Assembly: GCA_965644295.1 (NCBI GenBank)
Contig: CBFFRP010000293.1
Span: 1 to 64,000, forward strand
DNA: 64,000 bases
From: Paraphysomonas bandaiensis
Taxonomy: Eukaryota; Protista; Chrysophyceae
Reading direction: 5' to 3'
Shown piece by piece: positions 1 through 10,388 of the stretch; position 1 is the stretch's first letter; each line of letters opens with the position of its first letter. The notes below the pieces were generated by a model, which had not been told where the DNA came from, did not search any database, and worked only from the letters and a program-made list of their open reading frames with translations. The translations under genes and the position numbers were made by a program.

Positions 1-769
1 AGGCGTCAAACTAATCACATACCACAAAAGACCAGTGAGGTTAATATGCTACAAGGGGGGCTCTAGTGGACTGTGTGTGTATGTACAGTCTGCATCTTAT
101 CTTCGGATGAAGACACACTTCACTCTCGGATTACAAGTGCCGCTGTTTTTGCTGTATGGGCAATGGAGAGATCTGATTGGTGTACTCGAGTTATACTGTT
201 TTGTATACTGTATGGAATACAGGCTGTATTGTCTATATGTATATGCTGTACAACGGTGCTGGAATACGGACTGTACTTGGTGGTGATGTGTTTGCAGAGT
301 GTGTTGTGTGACACGAGGTACATAAGTACGCAATGATGCAGTTATAGGTACATGTAGGGAATATCATTATACAGATTATACAGCTGCTGTATTATGTATT
401 ACTGCTGAACGCTGATTGGCTAGTCACTGCATTTTTGGTCTGTGGCTGTTGAGTTGGTTTAAGGCTCTTCCTATAGGCCTCTACGTAAATCTTCCAGAAG
501 GTGAATATCTCCACAAAATTGGTGAAATGTTGCTGAATTTTCTGCAGAATATTGTTCTATGTTCTCTGCTGTGTTTCTAGATAGTTCATAGAATGTAAAT
601 GGTTCTGTATGAGTTGTTTGTGTTCTATGTGCTGTCATTATTATGTTACTAGCCTTGCTGTTAACACGTTTGAGGAGGTGTCTTCAGATAAGTGCTTGAG
701 GGTGCTCAGGCAGTTGCAGGGCAACGTAATAAGCATTTTTATCTCTATATTTGCTAGTTACTTGTTACA
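1..769 (+). repeat. Gypsy 5' LTR (partial at window edge)
   Basis: Position 1 matches 6523. Ends ...TTGTTACA, the inverted counterpart of the TGTAAC start of the 3' LTR. The right boundary could alternatively be ~821. Confidence 0.85.
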
Positions 770-934
770 TTCGCACATTCATTTCATATACATAGCTGCA
801 CCCGGTGTGATACCCCGGGTTTGGTTAAAGTAAATTTACTTCCGAAAGCAGCGAACGAATCTGCAGATTTGGAATTGATATAAAAAAAGATATATATAAT
901 ATTTATTATTACACAATACTGAGGATTCGTTAAC

Positions 935-2509
935 ATGGAACACAATAATCTTCAGGAAATGCTGCAATCTTTTATGCAACAGCAACAACAAATGATACAG
1001 CAGACGTTGCATCAGAATGCACAAGTGGCGAGACAAGAGATGCAGCAAGAAATTCAAAAAATAAACCAGGGATTGCTGGGAAGGTTCGAGCATGTTGACC
1101 AACGAGTGGATGCTTTGATAGAGGAAAAGCAAAAGAGCGATCAGAAAGTGGAGACTGTGCTGGAAAACATCAATGCCAGGCTGGAAACTATGGAAACCAG
1201 AACTGCTATCCTGGAAGGGGAGAAAGAATTAACGGAACAGCAGGACAGGGCGATTACCCATCCGAGCGCATCTAGAGAACGCAAGACTATTTTCATGAAA
1301 GAGGTTGAGGAGACTACACATCTGGCGGAGAGAAGGCAAGTAGTTGTACAAATGCCTACTCCCTCTCATTCGCACATATTCCTAAATTCAATGGACCTGG
1401 CGGACTATGCTCAATTTGTGACCAAGTGGTTTGACTGGCAGGTCAAATATGGTGTGAGACTAGAGCCGGCCCTCATTGTTTCCCAAAGCATTCGAAATCT
1501 ACTAATTTTCAACAATGATATGACGGAATCTCAGTTTCAAGAACTCTCACCTGAACAATTTTGCAAGCTGATGGCTAAAGAAACTCAAGTACTGTCCAAG
1601 CTCGAGTTTTCCAACACGTTAAGGCATGCCCTAAGAGACATCAAAAAGTTAAACTGGGAAAGAGTTAGACCGAATACTCACGAGAGGTTCTTCCAAGGCA
1701 TTCTGAGGCGTAGAGACATATACTTAAGGACCTTCAGGATTATTATGGAGAACAATAGGCAGTATTGCCCAGACCTGGAAGGCAAGGACTTTGGGTTAGC
1801 CCAAGTATTCCTAAATTTGATTGATGATACTTACAACAAGACTGTCTTGGCCGAAATTCCCAAGGTCAAGGCAGGGAACTACTCCAAGGTCGAAGAGTTC
1901 CTGGAAGCTTATGTTAAGAAGGCTAAGGAGCACTATGACACGTCGAAGCGTATTAGACTGGTGCCATACAGTGGTGAAGACTATAGCATGAAAAGTCATG
2001 ACATGCGCAAGAACAAGCAGTACTCTTCACAGGAAGACAAGTACAAAGGACATGAGACAAAAACGTATCCGATGACCAGTGGGGAAGCTAAGCCTTTGCA
2101 CCAGATAAATGACTTCAGTGATGATGAAGATCAGGAGCCACGGGAATCCAGAAATGCAGAGCCAGACTCAGATGACGACTCTGACTATGAGGAAGATCCA
2201 AAGACCACTGCAGAAGGTCATGACACGAATCAGCGCTACGAGGACAAAGTGGACCAGCAGACGGCAAGAGATCAGGACACAGACTACAGAAGGCTACAAG
2301 CCATAGAGGCAACTGCTACTGGGTTGGGATGTGTCAATTTCGCCTTGTATGGGAAGTGCTTTAGAGGAGACCAGTGCAAATATGCCGGAAGTCACAATGA
2401 GAAGTGTGCAAAGGACTGCAGACAGTGGATGATGAAGAAGTTGGCGACGATGGAAAGAGATGGTCCGGGACCTCCTAAGATAATGAAGCGTGATCCAACG
2501 AAATCTTGA
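935..2509 (+). CDS. gag: Gag-like protein (N-terminal Q-rich coiled coil, C-terminal CCCH-type zinc finger)
   Basis: 524-aa ORF between the 5' LTR and pol; contains CVNFALYGKCFRGDQCKYAGSH; ends in TGA in frame with pol. Confidence 0.85.
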   Translation: MEHNNLQEMLQSFMQQQQQMIQQTLHQNAQVARQEMQQEIQKINQGLLGRFEHVDQRVDALIEEKQKSDQKVETVLENINARLETMETRTAILEGEKELTEQQDRAITHPSASRERKTIFMKEVEETTHLAERRQVVVQMPTPSHSHIFLNSMDLADYAQFVTKWFDWQVKYGVRLEPALIVSQSIRNLLIFNNDMTESQFQELSPEQFCKLMAKETQVLSKLEFSNTLRHALRDIKKLNWERVRPNTHERFFQGILRRRDIYLRTFRIIMENNRQYCPDLEGKDFGLAQVFLNLIDDTYNKTVLAEIPKVKAGNYSKVEEFLEAYVKKAKEHYDTSKRIRLVPYSGEDYSMKSHDMRKNKQYSSQEDKYKGHETKTYPMTSGEAKPLHQINDFSDDEDQEPRESRNAEPDSDDDSDYEEDPKTTAEGHDTNQRYEDKVDQQTARDQDTDYRRLQAIEATATGLGCVNFALYGKCFRGDQCKYAGSHNEKCAKDCRQWMMKKLATMERDGPGPPKIMKRDPTKS

Positions 2510-5500
2510 CTACTGCAGGGTCTTTCTGGGCCCCCTGTTGTCAGTGAAACAATAAGCTCACACAGCAGGAAGGCTTGCAGAAAGGCCCTGGAGCGAAGTT
2601 TCCTGCAGGCATGCGGCATAGGCAGGAGACTATGGACTGCCGCACACACTAAAGCGAGGATTGAAGTAGTAGATAGGAAGAACGTGGAAATAAGAAGAGA
2701 CGTAGAGACATCAGTACTGTTCGACACGGGAGCCCTCTGTTCGAACTACATCAGCATAAGGAAGTTTAGAGATATCGAGAAACACATGCATACTAAGGAC
2801 ATAATACACAAGAGAACAAAAGTCGGATTAGCAGACAATAAGACAGTGGCATGGAGTGACATCATGGTGAGACTTACCTTGAAGTTCGAGGATCGTTCAC
2901 TGAGCGCGGTTTCATGCAAATACTCTGGAGAATTTATTGTGTTGGACATGAAAGATAATGAGATCATAATTGGGTTACCTGCGATACTAGGGGACTTGTG
3001 GGACTTCTTTTGCTACAGTCTAAAAGGCAATGCAGAAAGAAAGATTAGAACGAGCGTGCCAGATGCGGAGGAGGAGATGTTGCAGTTCTTGGCATCCATG
3101 GACAACGTAGTGCATCCCTGGTCAAATAGTATGGAGGGAGAGCCACCGGAAGAAGAAATGTCTCCGTTGCCAGTGCAGTTTGGTGAGGTGATCAAGTTTT
3201 TGGGAAAAAGCAGAGAAGAAGCCATTCAGGAATTCAAGGATTTGATGCCCGAGCATATAGCTGAAGATTTTGACAAAGCAACACCTGTTCGAGAACTGTT
3301 ACTAAATGAAGGTTTGAAAGTTTTTGTACCAGAGACATGGACTGGTATCAGAGGTGTTGAACCATTAAAACTCACCTTCAAAGACACTTTACCTCAGCGA
3401 CTCAAGCCCAAAGCCAGACCCATAAACCCAAGACTCTGGGAGGCAGCAGAAAAGGAATTTTTGAGACTGCGTGGATACATGTACGAGAAGAGTAGGTCAC
3501 CATGGGCGTCTTGCTTGGTTGTGGCTCCCAAGGCTACGAAGCCGTTCATCAGGTTCTGTGGTGATTACGTAGAGATCAACAAGCATATTCACATTGGTAA
3601 CTACACTATACCTAATATTAGGCACCAGTTGGATCGTATCATGGGGTACAAGGTATTTTTAGACATAGATCTCACAAATGCCTTCCACCAAATCCCATTA
3701 CATGAAGAGACGGCGGAGAAGCTATCCATTCAAACTCCTTGGGGTCAATATCAACCACGATTCATGCCTGAGGGAATAGGTCCTGCTACTGGCGTTTTAC
3801 AAGAGACTGTCAATGCATTGTTTTCAGACTTACCGTGGGCCATAGTGATATTCGACAACATTTTGCTTCTGGCGATGGATTACCAAGAGGCATACGAGAG
3901 ACTGAAAATCTTTATCGAGAGATGCATACAACACAATGTTGTTCTCAAGTTTGCAAAGAGCTGGCTAGGTTTTGGAGAAGTCAAGTTCTTTGGCTATAGA
4001 TGTAAGCACCAGAGCTTTGAGTTGACAGAGGATAGAAAGGCTGCATTACTTGAGATACCTTTTCCAGAATCCGGGAACAGATCCAAGAAAATCAGATCAT
4101 TATTAGGATGTGGAGTTTTCTTTGCACCTTTTGTGAAAAATTACAGTGAGAAAGTTAGACATTTGACAGATCTTACGAAACCTGAATTCGACTGGTCAGA
4201 TGAGTCAAAGTGGGAGCACGACTATAGACAGGAATTCGAAGATTTCAAGAAGGATTTGCAAGAGGCATGTGCACTTCATTACCCAGATTACGAGCTGCCA
4301 TGGGTGATAAGAACTGATGCGAGTGAGATAGGTGTTGGCGGAGTCCTCATTCAAATCAAGACACATGCAGACGGTTCAAAGGAGGAGCAAATTATAGCGC
4401 TGATCTCCAAAAGATTCTCTAAGCAAGCACAGAAGTGGGATACTATTGAGCAGGAGGGATTTGCAATCTACTATGTGGTCAAGAGACTGGCGTATTATCT
4501 AATCGGGAAGGAGTTTTTGTTGGAGACGGATCATAACAACCTGAGATGGATAGAAGCGTCAGAAGTACCCAAGATTATACGATGGAGAATTTACCTGCAG
4601 TCATTTGTGTTTAAGGTGAGACATATCCCTGGAAAAGAAAATGTACTGGCCGATACACTCTCCAGACTCCATCTATGTGTTGCTGAAGAGGACGAGCATG
4701 AAGATTGTCATACAGCGGAAGGGCTATGCCACCTGTGTAATGAAGATGACGAATTTGAGGAGGAGGAGTTAGAATATGAACAGCGCATGAGTACCTTATG
4801 CAATATGTTTGATGAGGAAGAGGTGCTAGGAGAGGAGATCAAACCCACCCCTAACCATTTGCAGCTCACACCAACGGAGTGTTTAGATCAGGTTCACAAT
4901 GCCCAAGTCGGACACTGGGGAGAGCGCGAGACCTGGAGGAGACTGAACAGGGATTTCCCTGGGCATGGCATATCCCAGCGACAAGTTAAGGACTATATAG
5001 ACCGATGCGCAAATTGCCAGAAGTCCAGGAGGGAGATGAAAACTCGGCTGATCCCTGTGCAGAGACACTTGAAACCTCCAACACACAGGACCGCAATCGG
5101 TATAGATGCATTAGCCATTACACCCCACGGCCGCAATGGAGAGACACACATTAACGTCATTGTGAATTTGTTTACGGAGCTAGCGTTTTTGAACCCAGTG
5201 AAAGGATGCTCAGCAAAGACCCTGGCGGATTCAGTCTGGAAGTATTGGGCGAATTTCGGTTTTACTGACATGATCATATCTGATTTGGGACCAGATTTAA
5301 ATTCAGCGTTATTCAAGGAATTGACCGATCTGGTGGGAGTTCGGCATGTCTTCAGCATTGCGAACAAACATGTCAATGGTTGCGAGCGGGTGAATAAGGA
5401 AGTGGGACGACACTTGCGAGCATTGGTATATGACACCAGAGAGAAGGATGTTTTTGACGACCCAACCTTCATCCCCAGCGTCCAAATCATTCTCAACACA

Positions 5501-6487
5501 CACAGATCAGCAGAGACAAACTATACTCCATTTGAGCTGACTTTTGGGACACCAGACTCAGTCTATAGTGATCTCGCGAAGAAATTCGAGCGTGTCCCTG
5601 AGCACCTATACCTCCAGAAGATGCACGAGAACCTTCACCAGTTACGCAACGCATCTAGACAATACCAAGAGACTCTGATCAAGAAGAGAGTGGAGGGTCC
5701 TAACCAGAGGATGGGTCCCCAGAACAAATTCCAGAAAGGGGATCTGGTCTTGTACGACCCAGGAGTGAGACCGGTGCCGAAGCTGTCTACAAAACGCAAG
5801 GGACCTTTCGAGGTAGTTCACCAGTACAAGAATGACGTAGACTGCAGAAATGTATTAACAGGGGCTATTCACAAATATTCTGTAACTGACCTAGAGTACT
5901 TTGTGGGTTCAAAGGAGGATGCCGTGGAAGCTGCCATCCGAGATCAAGAGCAATTCAGAGTCAAGGTGATTCATGGGTACAAGGGAGATTCCAACCACCG
6001 TACTAGCATGACATTCATTGTGGAGTATGCAGATGGGGACATACTGGAAGTACCATGGAGTAGAGATCTATTCGATTGTCAGGCATATGAAGATTTCTGT
6101 AAATCTAGGAAGTACTTACATCACCTCATCCTGGATCAGAATCAGGTCACTCCTTTCAAGACTCAGCTCAGGAGGGCAGACGTCACAGCAGTGCAAGTAG
6201 GTGATAGAGTGTATGTGGATCTTCGTTTCTTTGGGGATCAGTGGTATCAGAGCTTGGACCTTCCAGACTTTTCTACAAAATCGTATGTGGTGGTCTTCGA
6301 ATACACGCATTGGTACCACAGGACATCTAAAAAGAAGATTAGCGCTCGTTTTCTGCTTAATGGTGCTACTTACGCCCTCGATAATTATCTTGTGTTTGCG
6401 TGGGGCTCAGTCAAGACCTTCGATGAGACCTACATGGTGCTGGTGGATGCAGACATAGCCAAAAGGTATCCCCGCATAGTTGAATAG
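2510..6487 (+). CDS. pol: Pol polyprotein (protease, RT, RNase H, integrase, chromodomain), probably expressed by readthrough of the gag UGA
   Basis: Motifs LFDTGA (PR); FLDIDLTNAFHQ and IFDN (RT); TDAS/TDH/ADTLSR (RH); H-x5-H...C-x2-C, GIDAL/ISDLG/NGCER and GPF (IN); chromodomain-like FRVKVI...FIVEY...VPW. The frame is open from 2510; the ORF track start at 2684 is a GTG. Confidence 0.95.
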   Translation, partial: LLQGLSGPPVVSETISSHSRKACRKALERSFLQACGIGRRLWTAAHTKARIEVVDRKNVEIRRDVETSVLFDTGALCSNYISIRKFRDIEKHMHTKDIIHKRTKVGLADNKTVAWSDIMVRLTLKFEDRSLSAVSCKYSGEFIVLDMKDNEIIIGLPAILGDLWDFFCYSLKGNAERKIRTSVPDAEEEMLQFLASMDNVVHPWSNSMEGEPPEEEMSPLPVQFGEVIKFLGKSREEAIQEFKDLMPEHIAEDFDKATPVRELLLNEGLKVFVPETWTGIRGVEPLKLTFKDTLPQRLKPKARPINPRLWEAAEKEFLRLRGYMYEKSRSPWASCLVVAPKATKPFIRFCGDYVEINKHIHIGNYTIPNIRHQLDRIMGYKVFLDIDLTNAFHQIPLHEETAEKLSIQTPWGQYQPRFMPEGIGPATGVLQETVNALFSDLPWAIVIFDNILLLAMDYQEAYERLKIFIERCIQHNVVLKFAKSWLGFGEVKFFGYRCKHQSFELTEDRKAALLEIPFPESGNRSKKIRSLLGCGVFFAPFVKNYSEKVRHLTDLTKPEFDWSDESKWEHDYRQEFEDFKKDLQEACALHYPDYELPWVIRTDASEIGVGGVLIQIKTHADGSKEEQIIALISKRFSKQAQKWDTIEQEGFAIYYVVKRLAYYLIGKEFLLETDHNNLRWIEASEVPKIIRWRIYLQSFVFKVRHIPGKENVLADTLSRLHLCVAEEDEHEDCHTAEGLCHLCNEDDEFEEEELEYEQRMSTLCNMFDEEEVLGEEIKPTPNHLQLTPTECLDQVHNAQVGHWGERETWRRLNRDFPGHGISQRQVKDYIDRCANCQKSRREMKTRLIPVQRHLKPPTHRTAIGIDALAITPHGRNGETHINVIVNLFTELAFLNPVKGCSAKTLADSVWKYWANFGFTDMIISDLGPDLNSALFKELTDLVGVRHVFSIANKHVNGCERVNKEVGRHLRALVYDTREKDVFDDPTFIPSVQIILNTHRSAETNYTPFELTFGTPDSVYSDLAKKFERVPEHLYLQKMHENLHQLRNASRQYQETLIKKRVEGPNQRMGPQNKFQKGDLVLYDPGVRPVPKLSTKRKGPFEVVHQYKNDVDCRNVLTGAIHKYSVTDLEYFVGSKEDAVEAAIRDQEQFRVKVIHGYKGDSNHRTSMTFIVEYADGDILEVPWSRDLFDCQAYEDFCKSRKYLHHLILDQNQVTPFKTQLRRADVTAVQVGDRVYVDLRFFGDQWYQSLDLPDFSTKSYVVVFEYTHWYHRTSKKKISARFLLNGATYALDNYLVFAWGSVKTFDETYMVLVDADIAKRYPRIVE

Positions 6488-6493
6488 CATAAC

Positions 6494-6512
6494 AGAGAGG
6501 GGGAGGGGGCAG
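6494..6512 (+). promoter_or_regulatory. Polypurine tract of the Gypsy element
   Basis: AGAGAGGGGGAGGGGGCAG immediately before TGTAAC of the 3' LTR. Confidence 0.9.
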
Positions 6513-7258
6513 TGTAACGCCGAGGCGTCAAACTAATCACATACCACAAGACCAGTGAGGTTAATATGCTACAAGGGGGGCTCTAGTGGACTGTGTGTGT
6601 ATGTACAGTCTGCATCTTATCTTCGGATGAAGACACACTTCACTCTCGGATTACAAGTGCCGCTGTTTTTGCTGTATGGGCAATGGAGAGATCTGATTGG
6701 TGTACTCGGGTTATACTGTTTTGTATACTGTATGGAATACAGGCTGTATTGTCTATATGTATATGCTGTATAACGGTGCTGGAATACGGACTGTACTTGG
6801 TGGTGATGTGTTTGCAGAGTGTGTTGTGTGACACGAGGTACATAAGTACGCAATGATGCAGTTATAGGTACATGTAGGGACTATTACTATACAGCTGCTG
6901 TATTATGTATTGCTGCTGAACGCTGATTGGCTAGTCACTGCATTTTTGGTCTGTGGCTGTTGAGTTGGTTTAAGGCTCTTCCTATAGGCCTCTACGTGAA
7001 TCTTCCAGAAGGTGGATATCTCCACAAAATTGGCGAAATGTTGCTGAATTTTCTGCAGAATATTGTTCTTTGTTCTCTGCTGTGTTTCTAGATAGTTCAT
7101 AGAATTAAAATGGTTCTGTATGAGTTGTTTGTCTTCTATGTGCTGTCATTATTATGTTACTAGCCTTGCTGTTCAGATAAGTGCTTGAGGGTGCTCAGGC
7201 AGTTGCAGGGCATAGTAATAAGCATATTTATCTCTACATTATCTATTTTCTTGTTACA
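6513..7258 (+). repeat. Gypsy 3' LTR
   Basis: TGTAAC...GTTACA; direct repeat of 1-769. Shared sequence continues to 7310. Confidence 0.85.
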
Positions 7259-7480
7259 TTCGCACATTCATTTCATATACATAGCTGCACCCGGTGTGAT
7301 ACCCCGGGTTAGGTCAAAACAGAACTAAAGTTCCATCAAAGGTAAAGCACCTTGGGTTTAACTATTAATCATCTATTCGTCTTGGTTTTTCATCAGGATT
7401 TGGGGTGTTTGGAGAATCTATATATGGTCTCCATTAGCGGCTGGGAGTTGCATTAGAAGCTGTGTGTTATACTCTGGTGA

Positions 7481-8945
7481 CTCCACTGTGCTGCACCCTT
7501 CCGTGCCCATCTGGACTGATTGTCAGGCGGTGCAGACGCGGACCAAAGAGGCCCTATATCACACAGACGGCGCGCCCTCTCGGAAGAAGGCCCCACAGGG
7601 CATATTTTACGAAAGCCTCGCCACCACACCTCTCAAACAACGCCCCATAAAATGGACGCGCACACACCCAGAACGCAGAACTCAAGACCAAAGCAACTGG
7701 ACCTACAACGACCACGGCATCTATACCGCCGACGCTGCCGCTAGTGGTGATTGGAATACACTGGACAGAGTGCTCGGAGCCTCCAACTACAGTGTTGTCA
7801 CAACGGACGCTACGCACATACTGGAAGAATTCTTAACCACGGGTCAATGGCACTGGCGAAGATACGACACACACCTCCTCACAGACCTCGGTCCCATGCT
7901 AGGAGACGTCACAGATCTCCACCACCAGAGAGACCTCCATCAATACACCCTCCGAAGAGATAGCGTGTATGCTGCACAAACGCAGCGAGACCCGCAGTAT
8001 TGGACACAAAGCGGAACGAGGCTCCCACATAAGCTCCATTCTCTCCTTACCACATAACTCCTCTAACTACTCTATCTACGTATACGCGAGACGGCATACG
8101 GATGGGACAATCATACGCGATGGGAAGAAACCGGACCAAAGGAAGAACCGGCATGATCACATAACAGCCTCGGCGTGCGCAGACACTGCACACCCAAAAG
8201 ACAACATGGCGCACATGCTTCTCACCTGCACACACCAGGACCTCACTCAAATACGTGAAGATGTTCACCAAGCACACCACAGCAAGCTAGGTAAACTTCG
8301 CGCACGTACGCTCCCCCAACCCTGGTTTCATACCGCCATAACCATCAGTTCCACGTCCTCGAAAAATCCGTGACCTCTATTCTCCTTCCCCTATATGATG
8401 GAGGGCTCCGCATGCTTCAAAACAGAGGACTCAGACACCACAACATAGACACGGCACCAGTAACACCGATTACGACCCCCCCACAATCACAGCAACGCCA
8501 GTCCCAGGATACGCACCCACCACCAAAAATACTCCAAAACTACTCCAAGCGACATCCACCCCAAGAATTCTACCCTCTGTTAGAGTCGGAAGCCGACAGA
8601 GACAAGCGCCACCACTCCGGAAACAACTCCTCCTTACCTGTGGCAGAAATCCCACATCGACAACCAGCACCATCTCCACAACCGACCTACATTTTCATAT
8701 ACACCTCTAGCCCCACTCATCCCCCGCCACACACACGACACAGGCCCGCAAGACACACTGCCCAAAGGCAGACCCCCCGACTAGCCTCACTACAAGGGAC
8801 GGTTGCACAAGCAGTGATGCACAAGCAGTCCCGAGACGGTTGCCCACCACTAGTCGTAAATAGCAAGCCCAGTTATTAGTTAGTCTATTGATGTAAAACT
8901 AGTTTCTGAACACAACCGTTCTCATGTAATAAAATCAGATATTCC
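7481..8945 (+). mobile_element. 5'-truncated, frameshifted non-LTR (LINE-like) retroelement remnant
   Basis: Flanked by the 11-bp direct repeat TACTCTGGTGA (7470-7480, 8946-8956). A/C-rich broken ORFs with a C-terminal zinc-knuckle-like D-x3-H-x4-C (KDNMAHMLLTC). AATAAA near the 3' end. Confidence 0.6.
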
Positions 8946-10094
8946 TACTCTGGTGATTGCCATCTACGGTTACGAGAGTGGTTTGTGTACACATATGAAC
9001 TTCAACGTGATGATTGACCTACATTATTACACCCTTATCATCATGCATAGCATAATGTGCATGTGCTTGTATCTATGGCTTGGCTGTCAGAAGCACTTTA
9101 GCAAGTATATGTGACATGAATATGATTATGAATAGTATATATATTATATATATGTTATATGTACACAATATATATATCGCCTGGGGGTATGTTCATCTTG
9201 TTTTGAGGTTATTGGTGAACAGTGTGTGATAGTCATATTCGTGTGGTGTGCACTGAACCCTAATTGGTGTTCGGAGGGAGTACTAACTGGACATGTCTGC
9301 TACATTGAACATTATTGGTGGGCCAAGTCTCAACGTCTACCTCTTACCAGTGTTGGAGTATTGGCGCCTTTCCAGGATAGGCGTTCAGAGTGACACAGTT
9401 GATATTTGATATATCGTGCTCTTGTGCCATATCACAACTCAGTCATGACTTCTCTAGATTTCAACGTAATAGATAGTTGACGGACCATTTATCTCAAAAT
9501 AGCACTTCCATGATTACATCAACGAACAGAATCTAGAGAAATATTTTTAGTTAGATACTGCATAAATAAGTTCGCTACCATATCTGATGATCATTTAAGA
9601 TTCGACATATGTAAGATATATATTATTAACTTTAATCTTTTCCGACATAAATTCATATTTAAATCGATAGTGTACAAAAAAACGAAGGTGTCAATAAAAT
9701 CACGTAAAGGTGACAGGTTCGAGTGTGCCTAACCAGCAGGCTTACTCTACACAACGATGATATCAGCCAGTACGTAAACAATATAAATAATAATCTCAAT
9801 GAATTGCATCAAAAGAAAAAACTTGCAACCTCTCACCATAGAGGTGTCATATTACATGATAATATATTCATAAAGAAAAAGACAGTACAAATTCGTGGTG
9901 ATATCTCAACCACTCACCAGATATTATTGTACATAGTAACAATACTAAAATTGATACCACTGAGCACTACCGTTTCTATCTACTTTCCTAATAAACAGTA
10001 TATTCTATGAAAATGAAGGGTCCCCAAGCGAAAACCACGCACTAAAAAACAGCAAAAAATATACCTGTGAGAAGGTGATGTGGCACCAACCACG

Positions 10095-10388
10095 TCAATC
10101 CTTTACAATGAATACGTTATGACGTACTTCTAATACGGTCTCCTTTTGAGACCTAGAAGTAATAGCGTCGAAGCTTTTCATACGATTTTCATTTTCTTGT
10201 TGTAATTCCATTGATATCCTGGCTTCACCAGTGAATATCATGTGATCCTCCACAGTGATGTACATCAACTTAGCACTGCGAACACAACCCAACTTTTCGA
10301 AAGCCTCAACTACATCGCTGAGAGTGTAATCCAGAGGAAGATTGGTTGCGCAGATATCAATGAGAGGAACTCCTGTCGTCATAGTCAT
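10095..10388 (-). CDS. RRM-like RNA-binding domain protein (exon; gene probably extends to ~10490)
   Basis: IDICATNLPLDYTLSDVVEAFEKLGCVRSAKL...TGEARISM resembles the RNP2/RNP1 pattern. Confidence 0.5.
   Translation of the reverse strand: MTMTTGVPLIDICATNLPLDYTLSDVVEAFEKLGCVRSAKLMYITVEDHMIFTGEARISMELQQENENRMKSFDAITSRSQKETVLEVRHNVFIVKD

Larger units (their letters stand above)
1..7258 (+). mobile_element. Ty3/Gypsy LTR retrotransposon with chromodomain (first ~10 bp of the 5' LTR lie outside the window)
   Basis: Direct repeats 1-769 and 6513-7258 (homology extends to 821/7310). Gag plus pol with PR-RT-RH-IN-chromodomain order. Polypurine tract directly before the 3' LTR. Confidence 0.95.

Noticed and set aside
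35-336. Short ORFs repeated at 6555-6856
   Set aside because: They lie within LTRs, are low-complexity and have no motifs; one is truncated in the other copy.
236-794. 10-nt complement TATGTATATG / CATATACATA as a Gypsy self-priming pair
   Set aside because: Low-complexity and not adjacent to either candidate LTR end; likely chance.
2507-2593. UGA plus hairpin as a selenocysteine/SECIS signal
   Set aside because: No AUGA/GA kink-turn core is seen and eukaryotic SECIS elements lie in 3' UTRs; the gag-pol junction position fits readthrough better.
4993-5499. Antisense ORFs overlapping pol genes (also 54967-55368, 56989-57390)
   Set aside because: Expected shadow ORFs of long coding frames; no motifs.
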